DNA of 64,000 nt from Phoronis australis (Eukaryota > Animalia > Phoronida): positions 617,871-681,870 of the forward strand of contig NMRA01000172.1 of NCBI GenBank assembly GCA_002633005.1. Reading direction: 5' to 3'. The notes below the pieces were generated by a model. It did no database searches. It saw nothing but the letters and a program-made list of their open reading frames with translations, and had not been told where the DNA came from. Positions within the stretch are counted from its first letter, which is position 1. The number at the start of each line of letters is the position of its first letter. Both the position numbers and the translations under genes were made by a program. Shown here piece after piece: positions 25,324 to 38,144 of the stretch.

Positions 25324-27817
25324 ATTCGGTCAAATCCATTAATTCCTTTGTGTAGGACTACTCGTCGTTTTCCCAGCCTCATTGGTCAATTGTTATCACG
25401 TGCCCAGAGTTTGGTTAGCTCTGGGCTCGTATAGGCTGACGATTGTCACGTGTCCTTTGGAATTGAAATAGTTATTGTAACCTTGTTTTCAGTTCACCTC
25501 CTTCGTTCCGGCCTCGTCGACGTATTCTTAAATTTTTCCCACTCCCTACCATCCCCCTTTTGGGCATTCTCTCGTACCTCCACGTGGCCGGCGCTTTTCA
25601 TTTGCCCATCTTACCAGAGTTTCGTATTTTTACCTTACTTATGTTTAGCCACTACCAAACTACCAATTACTTTAAATGTATTAGTCATAATAAATGACCT
25701 TACTTGTAATTGTATTAGCCATAATACATGTAAATGACCTTATACCGCCTACCCCCGGTCTTCCTTCAAGTCTGGTAACGAGCTTGTGACGCACGAACTA
25801 TTATATATCATTCGGGACACATACATGTACATGTAACATACATGTACATGTATGTCGATCATAAAACACATTTTTCCAAATCTATCCATTAGTCCTTTTG
25901 TGTTATGGTGCTTTGCTATGTTGCAAATATTACAATTCGGCAAAAGATTTTGGAAAAGCTAGTGATCAGTCACGAAAAACCTGTTTTGAATTAGCAGCTC
26001 ACAGATGTGTCCCCGGCGCACGCCGGCTTTGTTTCGATAGGCTTATAGGCTTCCTACCGTGTGTTGCATTCACACTATCTGCTTGTATGCCACTCTTCCG
26101 CTGTCACGTGTATTTCACTGGGTTTTTTTCGCTACGTGTATGTTCATTTTACTTATTGCCTGATGGTGAGACATGCAATCTCGAAAGAAAACTAGCGATT
26201 TAATTTGTCAGTTTGTTATGTCCATCGGTGTTTTGCTGTAAAGCTGCACACTTGAAGGAAGGAGATTGTTTCGACACTACGAGCGACTCAGTGTCAAGCT
26301 TTCAAATAAAAAGTTTAATGTTGTTTTCAACGAAGCAATTCCCACGAACGGTAAGTTCAGTTGAAAGCCTATTTCTTCTTCCGCTCGTCTCGTTCTAACT
26401 TCTCGTCCCGCTATAGTATTTTGTTTCGAGGACCATAAGCTATGAGGCCCGGGGACATAATAATTTGAAGGCTTGCTATTATTTACTAAACTGGCTGAAA
26501 TGACGTGTGAATTTCGGAGATTCCACGAAAGTCACTTAAGTTACGTTGTTGGATTGTTTGCATATATGGTAACATAGCTTCTACACATTCCATATGGCAG
26601 GTCTTCTTTGTGAATTTATCGCAAACATTTTCTTCTAATAGTCGGCATTTAGAAACCTGTAGCTTCTACGCTCGTGTAGCAAGTGAGTAATTGCTATCTT
26701 TTTACGACAGTTGACAACAAATAACGTTTATCTGAATTTAAACAATCACTACGACCAGACTCAAAACAGTCGTAACACAAGTTCAGTGTTTGGAACTTTG
26801 GAAAGTCCACTTGGTCCAATGTTGTGACAGAAAACGTTCCACGTCAAAAAATTATCATTAAAATAAACTAGATTGTTATTCACTCATTTAACTTTACACG
26901 AAAGTAAACACAATATTGGAATCGCCACTGTAAAACATTTAGCTATGAGCGTCTCACAGAAACAAACGAACAGTGGCGGTGTTGCATCTGTTAGCTAAGG
27001 AGTCAAGTTGTAAGAATGTGGCCCTTCCCCGTAAAAACTGCATCATATGTTTTTTACACAAGTTGACTTGACACACATCAAGAGCGCTACATTGGGGGCA
27101 TACTTTACTTTCATACTGGCACTGAGTCCTAAAATTCGTATAATTTGATTCTTCTATGACAAGGATTGTGGTGGGCTCCCCGGGAAGGTGCCTTAGTGGG
27201 CCTTGTGGTACACACGGCACTGCGCCTGAACTTATCATTCAGCCACACAAGTCTATTTTTGACACTTTGTCAGCCCTTTTGCGACCGCTTTTCTATCCGA
27301 ACGGATGGTGCCATCTAGGACTTTTTGGACGAAGTTCAAGCAAACTGAGAGAGGTTTGCACTTTTATGGTCAAACATATCTGTTATTTTGGACATGGGCT
27401 GACCGACTTCAATATGCCATGGCTATAGCAGAAAAATGAAGGGTATATGTAGATAGCATTGCCAAAAACAGTTGTCCTTCACATTGATGCGTCTTTTTGG
27501 CGGTACAGTTGTGGAATTATGCAGGCCAAAGCATTTGTAGAGAACTATTTAGTGGCCACCTAAACAAAACCAATACAACAAAAACACGTCAAAGGTGCGT
27601 TAGTGCGTAGAATTGGAATTTGGAGACATCGCAAAAATACATACATTCCCATGGGTCCCTTATGAAACAAATGTTCCGTGATGATGAAGTCTTTCTTGTC
27701 CTCACTTTATTAATATGTCAAAATGACAACTTCATTACCTGCTGAAGAAGTTCACGTATGGTTCTTGACTTCACTAATAAGTTCAACAAAGCATTATCCC
27801 TCCCTCCCTCCCTCCCT

Positions 27818-27949
27818 NNNNNNNNNNNNNNNNNNNNNNNNNNNNNNNNNNNNNNNNNNNNNNNNNNNNNNNNNNNNNNNNNNNNNNNNNNNNNNNNNNN
27901 NNNNNNNNNNNNNNNNNNNNNNNNNNNNNNNNNNNNNNNNNNNNNNNNN
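27818..27949. other. Assembly gap (N run) within a (CCCT)n/(CT)n microsatellite
   Basis: 132 N flanked by pyrimidine simple repeats. Confidence 0.98.
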
Positions 27950-29339
27950 CCTCCCCCTCTCCCTCTCTCTCCCTCTCTCCCTCTCTCCTTCTCTCTGTTT
28001 TGTTCCACTTTAACATTTTGGCCCTTAGCCATTCAATTATGCATTTAATTGAACCAGTAGCATGCTTCCGAGGACTTCTCTTGGTAAATGTACTTGACGT
28101 GCTCTCCCATGTAATGTTAGTACAGGATTCTGAAAGAAACGGAAACCGCATTTCACATTCAATAAAAGTATTAGTGTCGGATATAGGATTTCATCGGCGA
28201 CGTTTTGTGGCCTGATGGCGTTTTTTGCTCAATCCCTTTAACCCACCCCCTCTCCTGTATCCGTTGCTCAGTACCATGGTAAAGTAGCACTTACTCTATA
28301 AAAGCATATTCGTTTCAACAGGAATTGTGTTTCTACGAGTGTTCAAGGTCTTGTATTAAAAAACAGTATGTATTTTCTGGTACAAGCACATTTTGAATAT
28401 GATTATAATCCTGTAACTATGACAAAATCAAGCTTAAAGAACTTGCATTCCACATTTTCTTCTTAGCAGAAGCCATTACTATGCTATGTGCAATGACGTA
28501 GAACAAACCTTTTCAGAGTTCCTGGGTCTTCTTTCCTGAAGTAAGCAATTAAGCCATGTCACTTTCTCTTACGCTCGTCTTTGTTTACCAATGCGGCAAC
28601 ATTTCTGGATTCTCATTTGATGTTTCTCGCAGGAGTTTGCAGTCATCTTTTGGATAGAAGGTCACACGTGCTAGTTGTGGCTTTTCATCAGACGCTTTGG
28701 CTGTAAAATATAAGATGAGATCCTACAAAAAACTGTTTTGATTCTCTAAAATCAGCTGAAGGTCCAGCCACAGGTGAGTGTCTAAATCATGATTGGGCTA
28801 TTCGACAATCTTTACATTACCAGAGGTCGAGCGTGTACTAGTGGTGGTAGATTAAACAGCCTCGATTTCGCAAGTCCTTTAATACATGGTGAGAGGGTTG
28901 TGTGAGGCATTAGAAAGAACAGAAATATAAAGAGAATGCAGACTGGCTCTAATTAATTGAAATTATGCCAGTATGCTGAGGACACTTCTGTCATCCTTGA
29001 CGTTCACAATAACCGACTCTAAATCAGTTTTCGAAGTACTCAAGTTTAACTCCAAATTAGGAAAAAACTTGTGTCTAAGCTTAATGAAACATGGTTATTC
29101 AAGGATTCTGTAAGGAAACGCTTGATGTTCTTCGTGAATTTTCCGTCTAATATAATTAATCATAATACTCCAGCCCTGGAATGCCAACTCCGATCTGGTG
29201 CTGCTGTATTTGAAGTTCCCCGAGAATGAAGATGAGGTATTTTGCTAGACACATGTAAAATATTGTGAATAAGATTTCAGATAACCTTAAATGTTTAGAA
29301 AAAAACTATTTTCTCCAGAAAGTAAAAGTTAGTGTTCCT

Positions 29340-29720
29340 GATAATGAAGTGTATGTTACCGTAAATAAGAGACACTGCAACACATTTTCAGGATTTTTAT
29401 GTTAATAAATAAAGTGGACTCTGGGAAATAACAATATTCATAAAAAGTGACCAAGTCCTTTTGAACACCTGTTGCATAGTTGTCACGGTCAACATTCAAG
29501 AACGAAAAACGGGAACAGCTGGATTGATAAAAAGCGGGACATCTTGGTCTAAGCCAAAACGTAACGGCGAAATATTCGATGCAACACACAAAGACGTACC
29601 GACAGCATTTTTGTCGAACGGGAGATGTAACACCCAGAAATACCCGACAGTGTTTTTTTGATGTTTTATAGTTGAATGGAAAATTGCAGATGCCGCAAAA
29701 ACCCATGAAACGCCCCGTTT
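29340..29720 (+). repeat. Dispersed repeat; diverged direct copy at ~49715-50070
   Basis: Shared blocks AAAGTGGACTCTGG.AAATAACAAT.TTCAT, GCAACACACAAAGACGTACCGACA and AAAACCCAT.AAACG.CCCGTTTT. Probably an unclassified non-autonomous TE. Confidence 0.75.
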
Positions 29721-30787
29721 TGTCTCATTAGTCAAGCGGGGAAATATGGCCAGCGCTCAATTTGGCGAACTGTAGGTCGCCAATGCGACATCAGATTGTG
29801 TTTGGCAGCGTAGGAAATATTCCATTGCCACTAGGTCGCCACTGTAATTATCAAAATCGCACAATAATTTCCTCTACATTCGTTTCATAGTTCATGTTGA
29901 CTTCTAAACTTTAAATAACTAACAGTTTTCCTAGATTTATTACCTTTAGTCCACAATTGTTCCGTTTATTTCGTGAAATTCGCGCCAGCAGCCCGCGGTC
30001 GTTTGCGTCCCACACTCATTCGTATCGGCAGGAGGAATTTAGGTAGAGAATGAACGTACGAAGATTTACGAGGAAATCAGAGGAGCGCCGTAGAACGGGT
30101 GTGTCGTTACGTCGTTTTTGTGGTCGAAAAAAATTACACCAAACAGAAAACCTAAGAAAATTTATTTCGGCGCCGCGGATTTTCAGTTTTGGTGACCTTA
30201 GATTTAGTTTGGCAACCTCGGGTTTTGCCAAGTCGCTAAATGCAACTTGACGTCTAAGCTGACTATGTTACGTGGGAAATTACATTAGTATTTCATACAT
30301 ACACAAAACGTACCGAGAGTGGCGTGGAACGTTTTTTATTTATCCCATACGCTTCGAATTCCTAAGTTCCTTTCATTTTTGCAGGTTTTTAAAATTCTTC
30401 ATCCTGACTGTTCACGTGGCGGATCACATCCTATAACTATGTATGTACTTGCGCGTTAGGTTACAAGTTTTCTCTAGTAAAAGAAACAGTTTAAATGTTA
30501 CGGTTTATTGCTTGAAAATAGATTATATAGATGAAAACAGCGGTAACTGTGCATTGAACTTGTAACATTTCCTGAAAATAGTTAAATACATGTACTAACA
30601 TTTGATATTATAGTTACAGAGGATTCGGCGCCTGAGTTGCAGACGATACATGTACAATATTTAGCAATTGAAAACTGAGACAGAAGTGTTGAATGTTATT
30701 CATACTACTGCAACTGTATTACTTTAAACAATTTTCGAAAAGTTTGAAGATCGAGCCGGCTAACGACGTCGAGTCGACATCGACCTA

Positions 30788-32170
30788 CTTTATATGAGCT
30801 AACTGTGAAGCGATACCGAAGCTAGTTTACAGTGAAACAACACGTATAGGTGAGATAAAGGTCATATATATTATGACAAACTAAACTACTACAGATATCG
30901 GTAATTACAAAAGTTATGTAATATGTTGAACTGTAAAGGTGGATGAAAAATGAAATTTGGAGAGAATTGTGGACGATGGCCCAGTTTTGCGACGAGACAA
31001 AGAGATCACGTGGTACAATTAAACCAATAATCGTAGAACAAAGAGGGTCACTGACCCGAGAATCCAAACAATATGAAAACTAGTTAGTATTGATGCGTGG
31101 TCTAAAGTTACATGGAGAGCGCAGAAAGGTCTTTACAGAGACCAGCAAGAGATAGTACATTTCAAACCTACACGATAGATGTTTGCTTATTTTTTATCTA
31201 TCAGCAAGCCTTTATCTGCAAATTTCGAATAGGTAATCCGAGTAATTAGTTCATCACATTTTTGTAAATGTCACTTCATCCTGAATTTCCATTGAAAAAC
31301 TGCTTCAAACGGCACCAATGGTCAAATTAAAAAAAGGGTGGATAATTTTGCCCGACACTAGCTGCCTTCGCGACATTCCTGAATCTATAGAACTCAGACC
31401 AGGGCCGTTTTCCTAATTATGGATTATGCAAATCACTGTGTCTAATTTCGCACTTCAATACCCGTAGATTCCAGTTTCAACATCGAGTAAAAACTCGAAT
31501 TTTCAAGTTCAGTGTACAGATTTCGCCGTCCGTCAACACTAGAATTTGAAATTTGGTCAATCCAATATCTCAATAAACAACTTATTAGATAATGTTTGTA
31601 TAGGACAGTTGTTTTGTGCTCTCACTCGTTACGTTAAATAGTTGCATGTCGAATGTTTGAAATTGACCATGAAGAAAAATGTTGCTTTCGATGTGTCATG
31701 GATTTCAGAGAATTGAAGCAAAGTTTTTGATATTAAGACAGTTAGTAGCTGTTACAGTTTAAACGATATTGAAAAATCACATTCTGCAAAATGATGGTAA
31801 GCTGGCGAATCGAGGATGCTGTAAGGGGGAATAACCACAGTTTCAAAAGAAAACACTCGCATAGTGCCTAAAATCAAAATGCCATACCGCTCTTTTTGTT
31901 GTACACGTCCATGAAAAGTACCTAACGTGTCAGGAAATTTATTAGTTTCACTACACAATCACAGAGGCCGTTTTGAACGTATGTTCTTTATATGCGCTAA
32001 CTGTGAAGAGATACCGAAGGTAGTTTGCAGTGAAACAACAAATTGGCTGAAAAATACAAAATTGAAGGGAATTATGGACAATAGCACAGTGTTGCGACGA
32101 GACAAAGAAATCACGTGGTACAATTAAACCAATGGTGGGAGAACTGACCCGAGAATTCAAACAATATGAT
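30788..32170 (+). repeat. Pair of diverged direct repeats (30788-31078 and 31987-32170)
   Basis: Both copies have CTTTATATG.GCTAACTGTGAAG.GATACCGAAG, TTGCGACGAGACAAAGA.ATCACGTGGTACAATTAAACCAAT and CTGACCCGAGAAT.CAAACAATATGA. The first copy carries ~100 extra bp. Confidence 0.8.
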
Positions 32171-32689
32171 AATGAGGACGTAGCAGTATAGCTTACATAA
32201 AATATTTTAATACTGAAATAATATTCACTACATTTAATCCTCCCTCACTGCTAAAACAATGAGACTTCACCTAACTAATGACAAAAGATGAAACGTCCAT
32301 TGTTTCAGAAATATTGTGACGCAGTCTCAATATTTTGGCACCTCAAGCGTACGGAATCGGATGCGTACGTTCAGCGTTCCGACATTGTTGGTGTTTTGCA
32401 ACAAATTATTTTGCTGTTGAGCTTGCTATTACTGGATATTTCAAAACATAGCTGTATATGACTGAATAAGTTAACCACGAAAATACAAACATGCATTGCC
32501 TATAACGGGAAATTGAATCTTATAAGGGTAAGGAATGTAGAGCGGCAGCCTAGAGCACTTAGCATAGATGAACGAGGTACCAATATCTGACAATAGGAGC
32601 ACTTAGAGTCCACCACAGTATATACGGAAATGAACGTCTGTCGTTGTCTGCACTTAGGGTGTGACCCTAGAGACCTTACAAGGGGGCCG

Positions 32690-33645
32690 AAAATGAGCTA
32701 GATTAGATATTCGAGTTACCGTCCAAAATTGATTTAAAACAGACAAGTACCGCATGAACACCGAATGACCCATGGCACAATTTGCACCCTGTAATGGGTC
32801 CGGCAGAAACCAAAAAAGACACCACAAAAATGAGCTAGCTCATACATTCGAGGTGCCAAAAAACAATTCCATGGGATTCAATTCATGTCACTGATCACTA
32901 ATGTCCCATGATAGACAAAATGCACTCTGGGCTGTGCCCTCCAGAAACCCCAAAAATGTCAACCATCATACGCCATTGAAAATTTGAGCTAGACTAGGTA
33001 TTCGAGGTACCAGCTAAAACTAATATAAAACGAACAACAGTACCGTAGTGAGCGCCGAGTGACCCAAGCGACAGAAAAATTGCATTCTGCAAAGGGTCCA
33101 CCAGAAACCCAAAAAGACCATCCAAAATGAACTAGCTGATAGATCTGAGGTACCACAAGAAAACCAATTCCATGTGATTTTAGTCATGTCACGGACCACT
33201 AATGCCCACAGACAAAATGCACTCTAGTTTGTGCCCGCCAGAAACGCCCAAAAATGTCACCCACCGCATGCCAATGAAAATTTGAGCTAGATTAGTTATT
33301 CGAGATACCAGTTAAAACCAACAATAGTACCGCAGTGAACACCGAAAGATTCATGACAGACAAATTGCACTCGAGAAAGGGTCCGTCAGAAACCCAAGAG
33401 GATCTCTCAAAAATGAGCTAGTTCTGACGTTCGAGGTACTACAAAAACAAATTCCATGTGAATGAATACATGTCACTGGTCACTAAATGTCCTGACAGAC
33501 AAAATACATTTTAGGTTGTGCCCGCCAGAAATCCCCAAAAATCTGAACCACGGTATGCCACTGAAAGTTTGAGCTTTTTTACATATTGGGATCCTTTTTG
33601 GGTTTCTGCCGGACCCAATCCAGAGTGCAGTTTGTCTGTCATGAT
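32690..33645. repeat. Satellite-like array of alternating ~140/~155 bp subunits (~295 bp dimer) ending in an inverted partial unit
   Basis: The anchor TGAGCTAG...TTCGAG.TACC recurs at ~32695, 32832, 32985, 33128, 33283 and 33414. 33588-33643 is the reverse complement of the TCATGACAGACAAA.TGCACTC...CAGAAACCC block. Confidence 0.85.
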
Positions 33646-35041
33646 TGTTTTAAGAGTAAAAGGCACACATATGTAATTCACGGTCGTTTGTGAATGGCTT
33701 AACAGCGTGAAATACAGCTTCAGAAGTTTAAAGTTACAATCCTGCATTTATTTTATGAAGTGTCACTGGACGATAGTAAATTAAAAAAAGTTTCGTTGAA
33801 TACACGAGACATATTGCCGGAGTCTACCAAGCTACAAAACCCGTCTTTCGTAATTTCTCGTGTGCGTTCCGTCAACTGGCAACTTTGCAAATGTGGATAT
33901 ACATTATCCCAAGGACTTCATGATCACACCGAAACAAATAAAACATACTAGAATGTACAGATTTTCATATGATTGAACCAATGTACTTCTGTCGTCATCG
34001 ACTGTCAAAGGTGCGAAAAACGCTGTAGACCGAACTAGACACGTTACTGTTAAAACCACGAGATGAACAAGGTTTAACTAAGGTCAATAGCAATCCGGTT
34101 GCGTGAGCGACTTTAGTTATTTGTGACGTGTTTTTGAATCCATATTGATTACGTCAGCACGGCACCTCACTTAAATAAGCACACGCTTACCTATGATTCA
34201 TAACCGCTAAGATAACCGTACGGAAAGGTTGTCAAATTGTATGGTTCGTGAAGAAATCTCCAGACGTGCATGGTCGGTTTTAAAAGTTAGGTAGGTTGAA
34301 CATTTTAAATTGTCACTGAGGAGCCAAACTAATAGTTCGCTATTCGGTAAGTACTGTAGCTTGTACGGAGACGCTTACAAACTTAAGTTTGGATTGGAGA
34401 ACTTGCGTGTACATGACGTAAACATAACCGTTCCTATTTTTACAACCAGTTTAGACCATACAGTATAAGTTTGACAGACATTTCTGATATAGTCCTCTCC
34501 AGAATGCTGCGGATTCTGTTACAACAAAAGTCCCACTGCACGTGCCTTGTTGCTTTTCCTCTTTAAACCGTGTAGGCGGCAGAGCCCGAGTGTGATCGCT
34601 CCTCTTATGGGTTAGGTCATCGGGTAGGGAGTATTTTCCTGCATGTACAGTAATGACAATTTCTGTGAGAAAATTTTAACTTTGAAATTACCTTTTCATT
34701 AAGTTTTAAAGAACTGAGACCACTGAATTCCTAGAAATGGTATTTTATGGCAAGTATCCAAATACGAAATCAAAGTCGGCTGTCAATTTTTTCCATGGCC
34801 TGCCGAAACTTGGAGTCGGCGTTTATCCTCCGCACTCACCTTATTTACGCCATTACGAAATTTTCGATACAACTTTGTGGCGCATTTCTTCAGTGATTCC
34901 CATAGACAATAGTAACAAGCGGTAAAATTTAATTGCAATAGATACGTACATTGTTAACATTATCTGTTTTCCCAATCACTCACATCAACCTTGGGCCACA
35001 TAATATTTTCAATCTTCTGCAAACAAAAGAACCATAGGGTT

Positions 35042-35600
35042 CTATCGCCTGTTGAAAACTTGCAATTGGCAATGTTTGGAAAATAAATTTCTGTAATATT
35101 CAGTTATTTCTGTTTTTAGTAAACCTGAAACATCGCAAGTATTAAGCAAATCTCCGGCCACATATCCGATGCTTGCCAATTCAAAATTTGTGCCAAAGAT
35201 TATGTCCTCAATACCATAAAACAAATCAACTGTTTGATTTATCCAATGAAAAAGGGAAGACCAAAAAGATTGCGCACATTTACATGACCAATACAAATGA
35301 TCAATTGACTTTGGTTCTTTGCCACAGAAACTGCATACATGCGAAATGGTTACTCCAATTTTCAAGAGAAAAGTGTTTGTGATAAGGACTGTATGCGTCA
35401 AACGAATTTCAAACCACATTAATTTTGAATCATTTGTAAAGTTAACTACACAACGCCACCACTCGTCAATTAGCAAAATATTTATTGCTGGCTCCCATTT
35501 TATTCAAATTTTGATTTTTTGTACAATTGATTAACCAAGGCCTTATAGACAAAGTTTCCTTAACCTCGGCAAAAGTAAGATACTTGAAAGTAGTTGTGAT
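35042..35600 (-). mobile_element. L1/Tx1 ORF2 C-terminal (zinc-knuckle) fragment
   Basis: LITNTFLLKIG...CSFCGKEPKSIDHLYWSCKCAQSFW matches the L1/Tx1 CCHC C-terminal motif. Confidence 0.8.
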
Positions 35601-36064
35601 GTTTGGCAAAATATTTTCATTTTTTATCTTTTTACTACAAGATATTCATGTAATGTTTTCCCCAAGCCGTAAAATGTCATGAAAGGTGGAGAAAAGCCAT
35701 GTGTTCTACAGATTGATCATACGTCATTACGCCTCCCTGTGAGTCTAAAAAGTTATAAACACACACAATACTCAATTTTATACCACTTTCCATTCTACAA
35801 GTACCTATTACATGCAAAACCCTTGGAACTGAATTGTAATGGTTCATAAGCTACAGCTATATTGTAGTGATCCACAACGAAAGTTCTGAAGAATTTACTG
35901 ACGTCACTAAATATTTTTCTAGATTATGCATACTTTTTGACCAGATCTCATAAAATGATACTAAAATGCAGAACATTACCGTGGGTATTTAATGGAATAC
36001 GTGGGAGAGAATGTTTTCCATAGGTCGTTGTTAGATGACGAAACAACTTTATGAAACCAAAACA

Positions 36065-38144
36065 GTTTCACCTCTCCTCTATCAACTCTCCGCTCACCTT
36101 GCCCATTAATACAGTGTACCTCTTTCCTGGCCCACTACATCGCTCATCTCTTCGAATCTGGCCTTAGTAGCTCGTCTGTCCAGTCCTATGTCTCTGCCAT
36201 TAGTTTTATCCACAAGCTTGACAACCTTCCTGACCCCACTTCCTCCTTTTTCATCAAAAAAATCCTCAAAGGCGCTTCCAATCTGCGCCCTTCTTCTGAC
36301 ACAGGCATGCCCATTACTTCCGCTTTGCTTCACCGCTTGTTTGACGCCTGCCCGTCTGCACTCTGCTGTTTTGCCGACTCGGTTCTCGCACGTGCTATGT
36401 TCCTCCTAGCCTTCCATGCCATTCTCAGGGTTGGTGAATTCACAGTCACCTCCTCGCTCTCCTCCCACGTCATACAGGTCAGCGACATCGTCTTCCCCCC
36501 TCTGGCGATTCTGTGGTCATCACTATGCGTACCTTCAAGCACAGCTCGGGATCAGTCTCACTTACAATTCCGTCCAGCTAATCTCCCCATTGCCCAGTAG
36601 CTGCCCTAACCTTGTACTTGTCTACTTTTCAGCCCTCTCCTGGCCCCTTGTTCCAACCTCAGTGGATCACCGGTTACACGTTCCTGCTTCAACTCCATGT
36701 TAACTAACGTGGTTTCCTTTGTAGGACTCGACACCAAGTCGTATACGTCACATAGCTTTCGCATTGGCGCCGTCACCTCTGCGGCCAGCCGTGGCGTCCG
36801 TGAACCGGTGATCCAGCGCATGGGGCGCTGGAAATCTGACGCACTAAAAAACTACATTCGCATGTTTGCTTTTCCTCTTCCCCAGGCTTCTTGAACTCCT
36901 GGTGAGCCTGTTGTTGCAGCTCCCCATTTCTCTCACTTTGCTTTTCAGCCCCTCCCACTCCCCTGGGTCTTTGGTTTCAGCCCCCTAGGTCAGGTCTGTT
37001 GTTGCAGCCGGCCTCCTCCCGTTCGCAGGGCTGTTGTTTCAGCCTGTGGCCCAAGGTCTGTAGTTGCAGGTGTTATGAAGCGTGACTTCCGGTTGTCACG
37101 GCACGTACAGTCAGATAAAGCCTCTCTAAGCCGCTTGCCAAGTGGCAATTGCCTCTTGGCCGAATGGTTTAGATGCTTTACTGTCGCTCGTGCAACCCGG
37201 GTTTAAGTATCGGTCATCACGAAATTTTCTATACAGGCTTCAATTTCTAGTCATTAGTTCTAGTTACCTTTACTTCCAGTTCGTTATGTTCTTGTTTTTT
37301 ATATTTTAGACTTATGTATTCTAGTTTTCTGTTATCCCGTTAGTACCAGGTCCTATATTTTATCATAGTTTAAAGTTGTTATTGCCTGGATTCCGCTTCC
37401 TCTGATGGGCGAAGTCAGCATTCCCGTGCTGCCATTATGACGTTTTGTCGATGCCCATCTTGCAGAGTCTTAGTTTTATCTATTTACGTCATAATAAATG
37501 ACAATATTGGCAATCCTCCTCTTGTTTTACTCTGTAACATAGGTCGTGGCGTATCCCGGGCAAAACAGATTACGATGAATTAAATTTAACTTGTTAAATG
37601 CATTTATCGTCATTATTTTGACATTTGTCTCTTTATTTTGATACCAGTCCTTAGGGTTTATTTTGCATTACTCATCTCTATTTATAGCCTCAAGGGCCTA
37701 CTTTTGTATTCATACATTTCTCTACGCGACACCTGATTGTTCTTCCATATTTCCTTTGTACAGTTCAACGTGGTCTCTATCATTCAGCCACCTACCTCGT
37801 CGTCTACAGGACATACGTCCGTTCTCTGCATTTTTTTCCCAACCCCCCCATCCCGGGTGTCGCTTCCACTTTCTCTTTTCTCATATACATTTCCTGTTAG
37901 GTTTTTTCAAGTTTTGTGTTCATGTTCTGTATTTCCTTTAAGCCCTTCAGGCAGTTCTTTTGTTTTGTTCCCTCTTTCAGGGCTATTCATTGTACAAGCC
38001 GGTGGGCGTTTTGTCCATGTCCATTTTGCAGTCTCAGTTAGTTTTATGTATTTACGTCATAATAAATGACAATATTCGCAATCCTCCTCTTGTTTTACTC
38101 TGCAACATAGCTCGTGGCGTACCCCGGGCAAAATAGATTACGAT
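36065..38144 (+). mobile_element. 3' part of a DIRS/Ngaro-type tyrosine-recombinase retrotransposon
   Basis: Frameshifted YR with RAMFLLAFHAILRVGEFT and SHSFRIGAVTSAASRG...IQRMGRWKSDALKNYIR (R...HxxR...W...Y catalytic residues), stop at 36894. It is followed by CTGTTGTTGCAGC repeats and ~135-bp direct repeats at 37441-37576 and 38007-38144. Confidence 0.88.
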
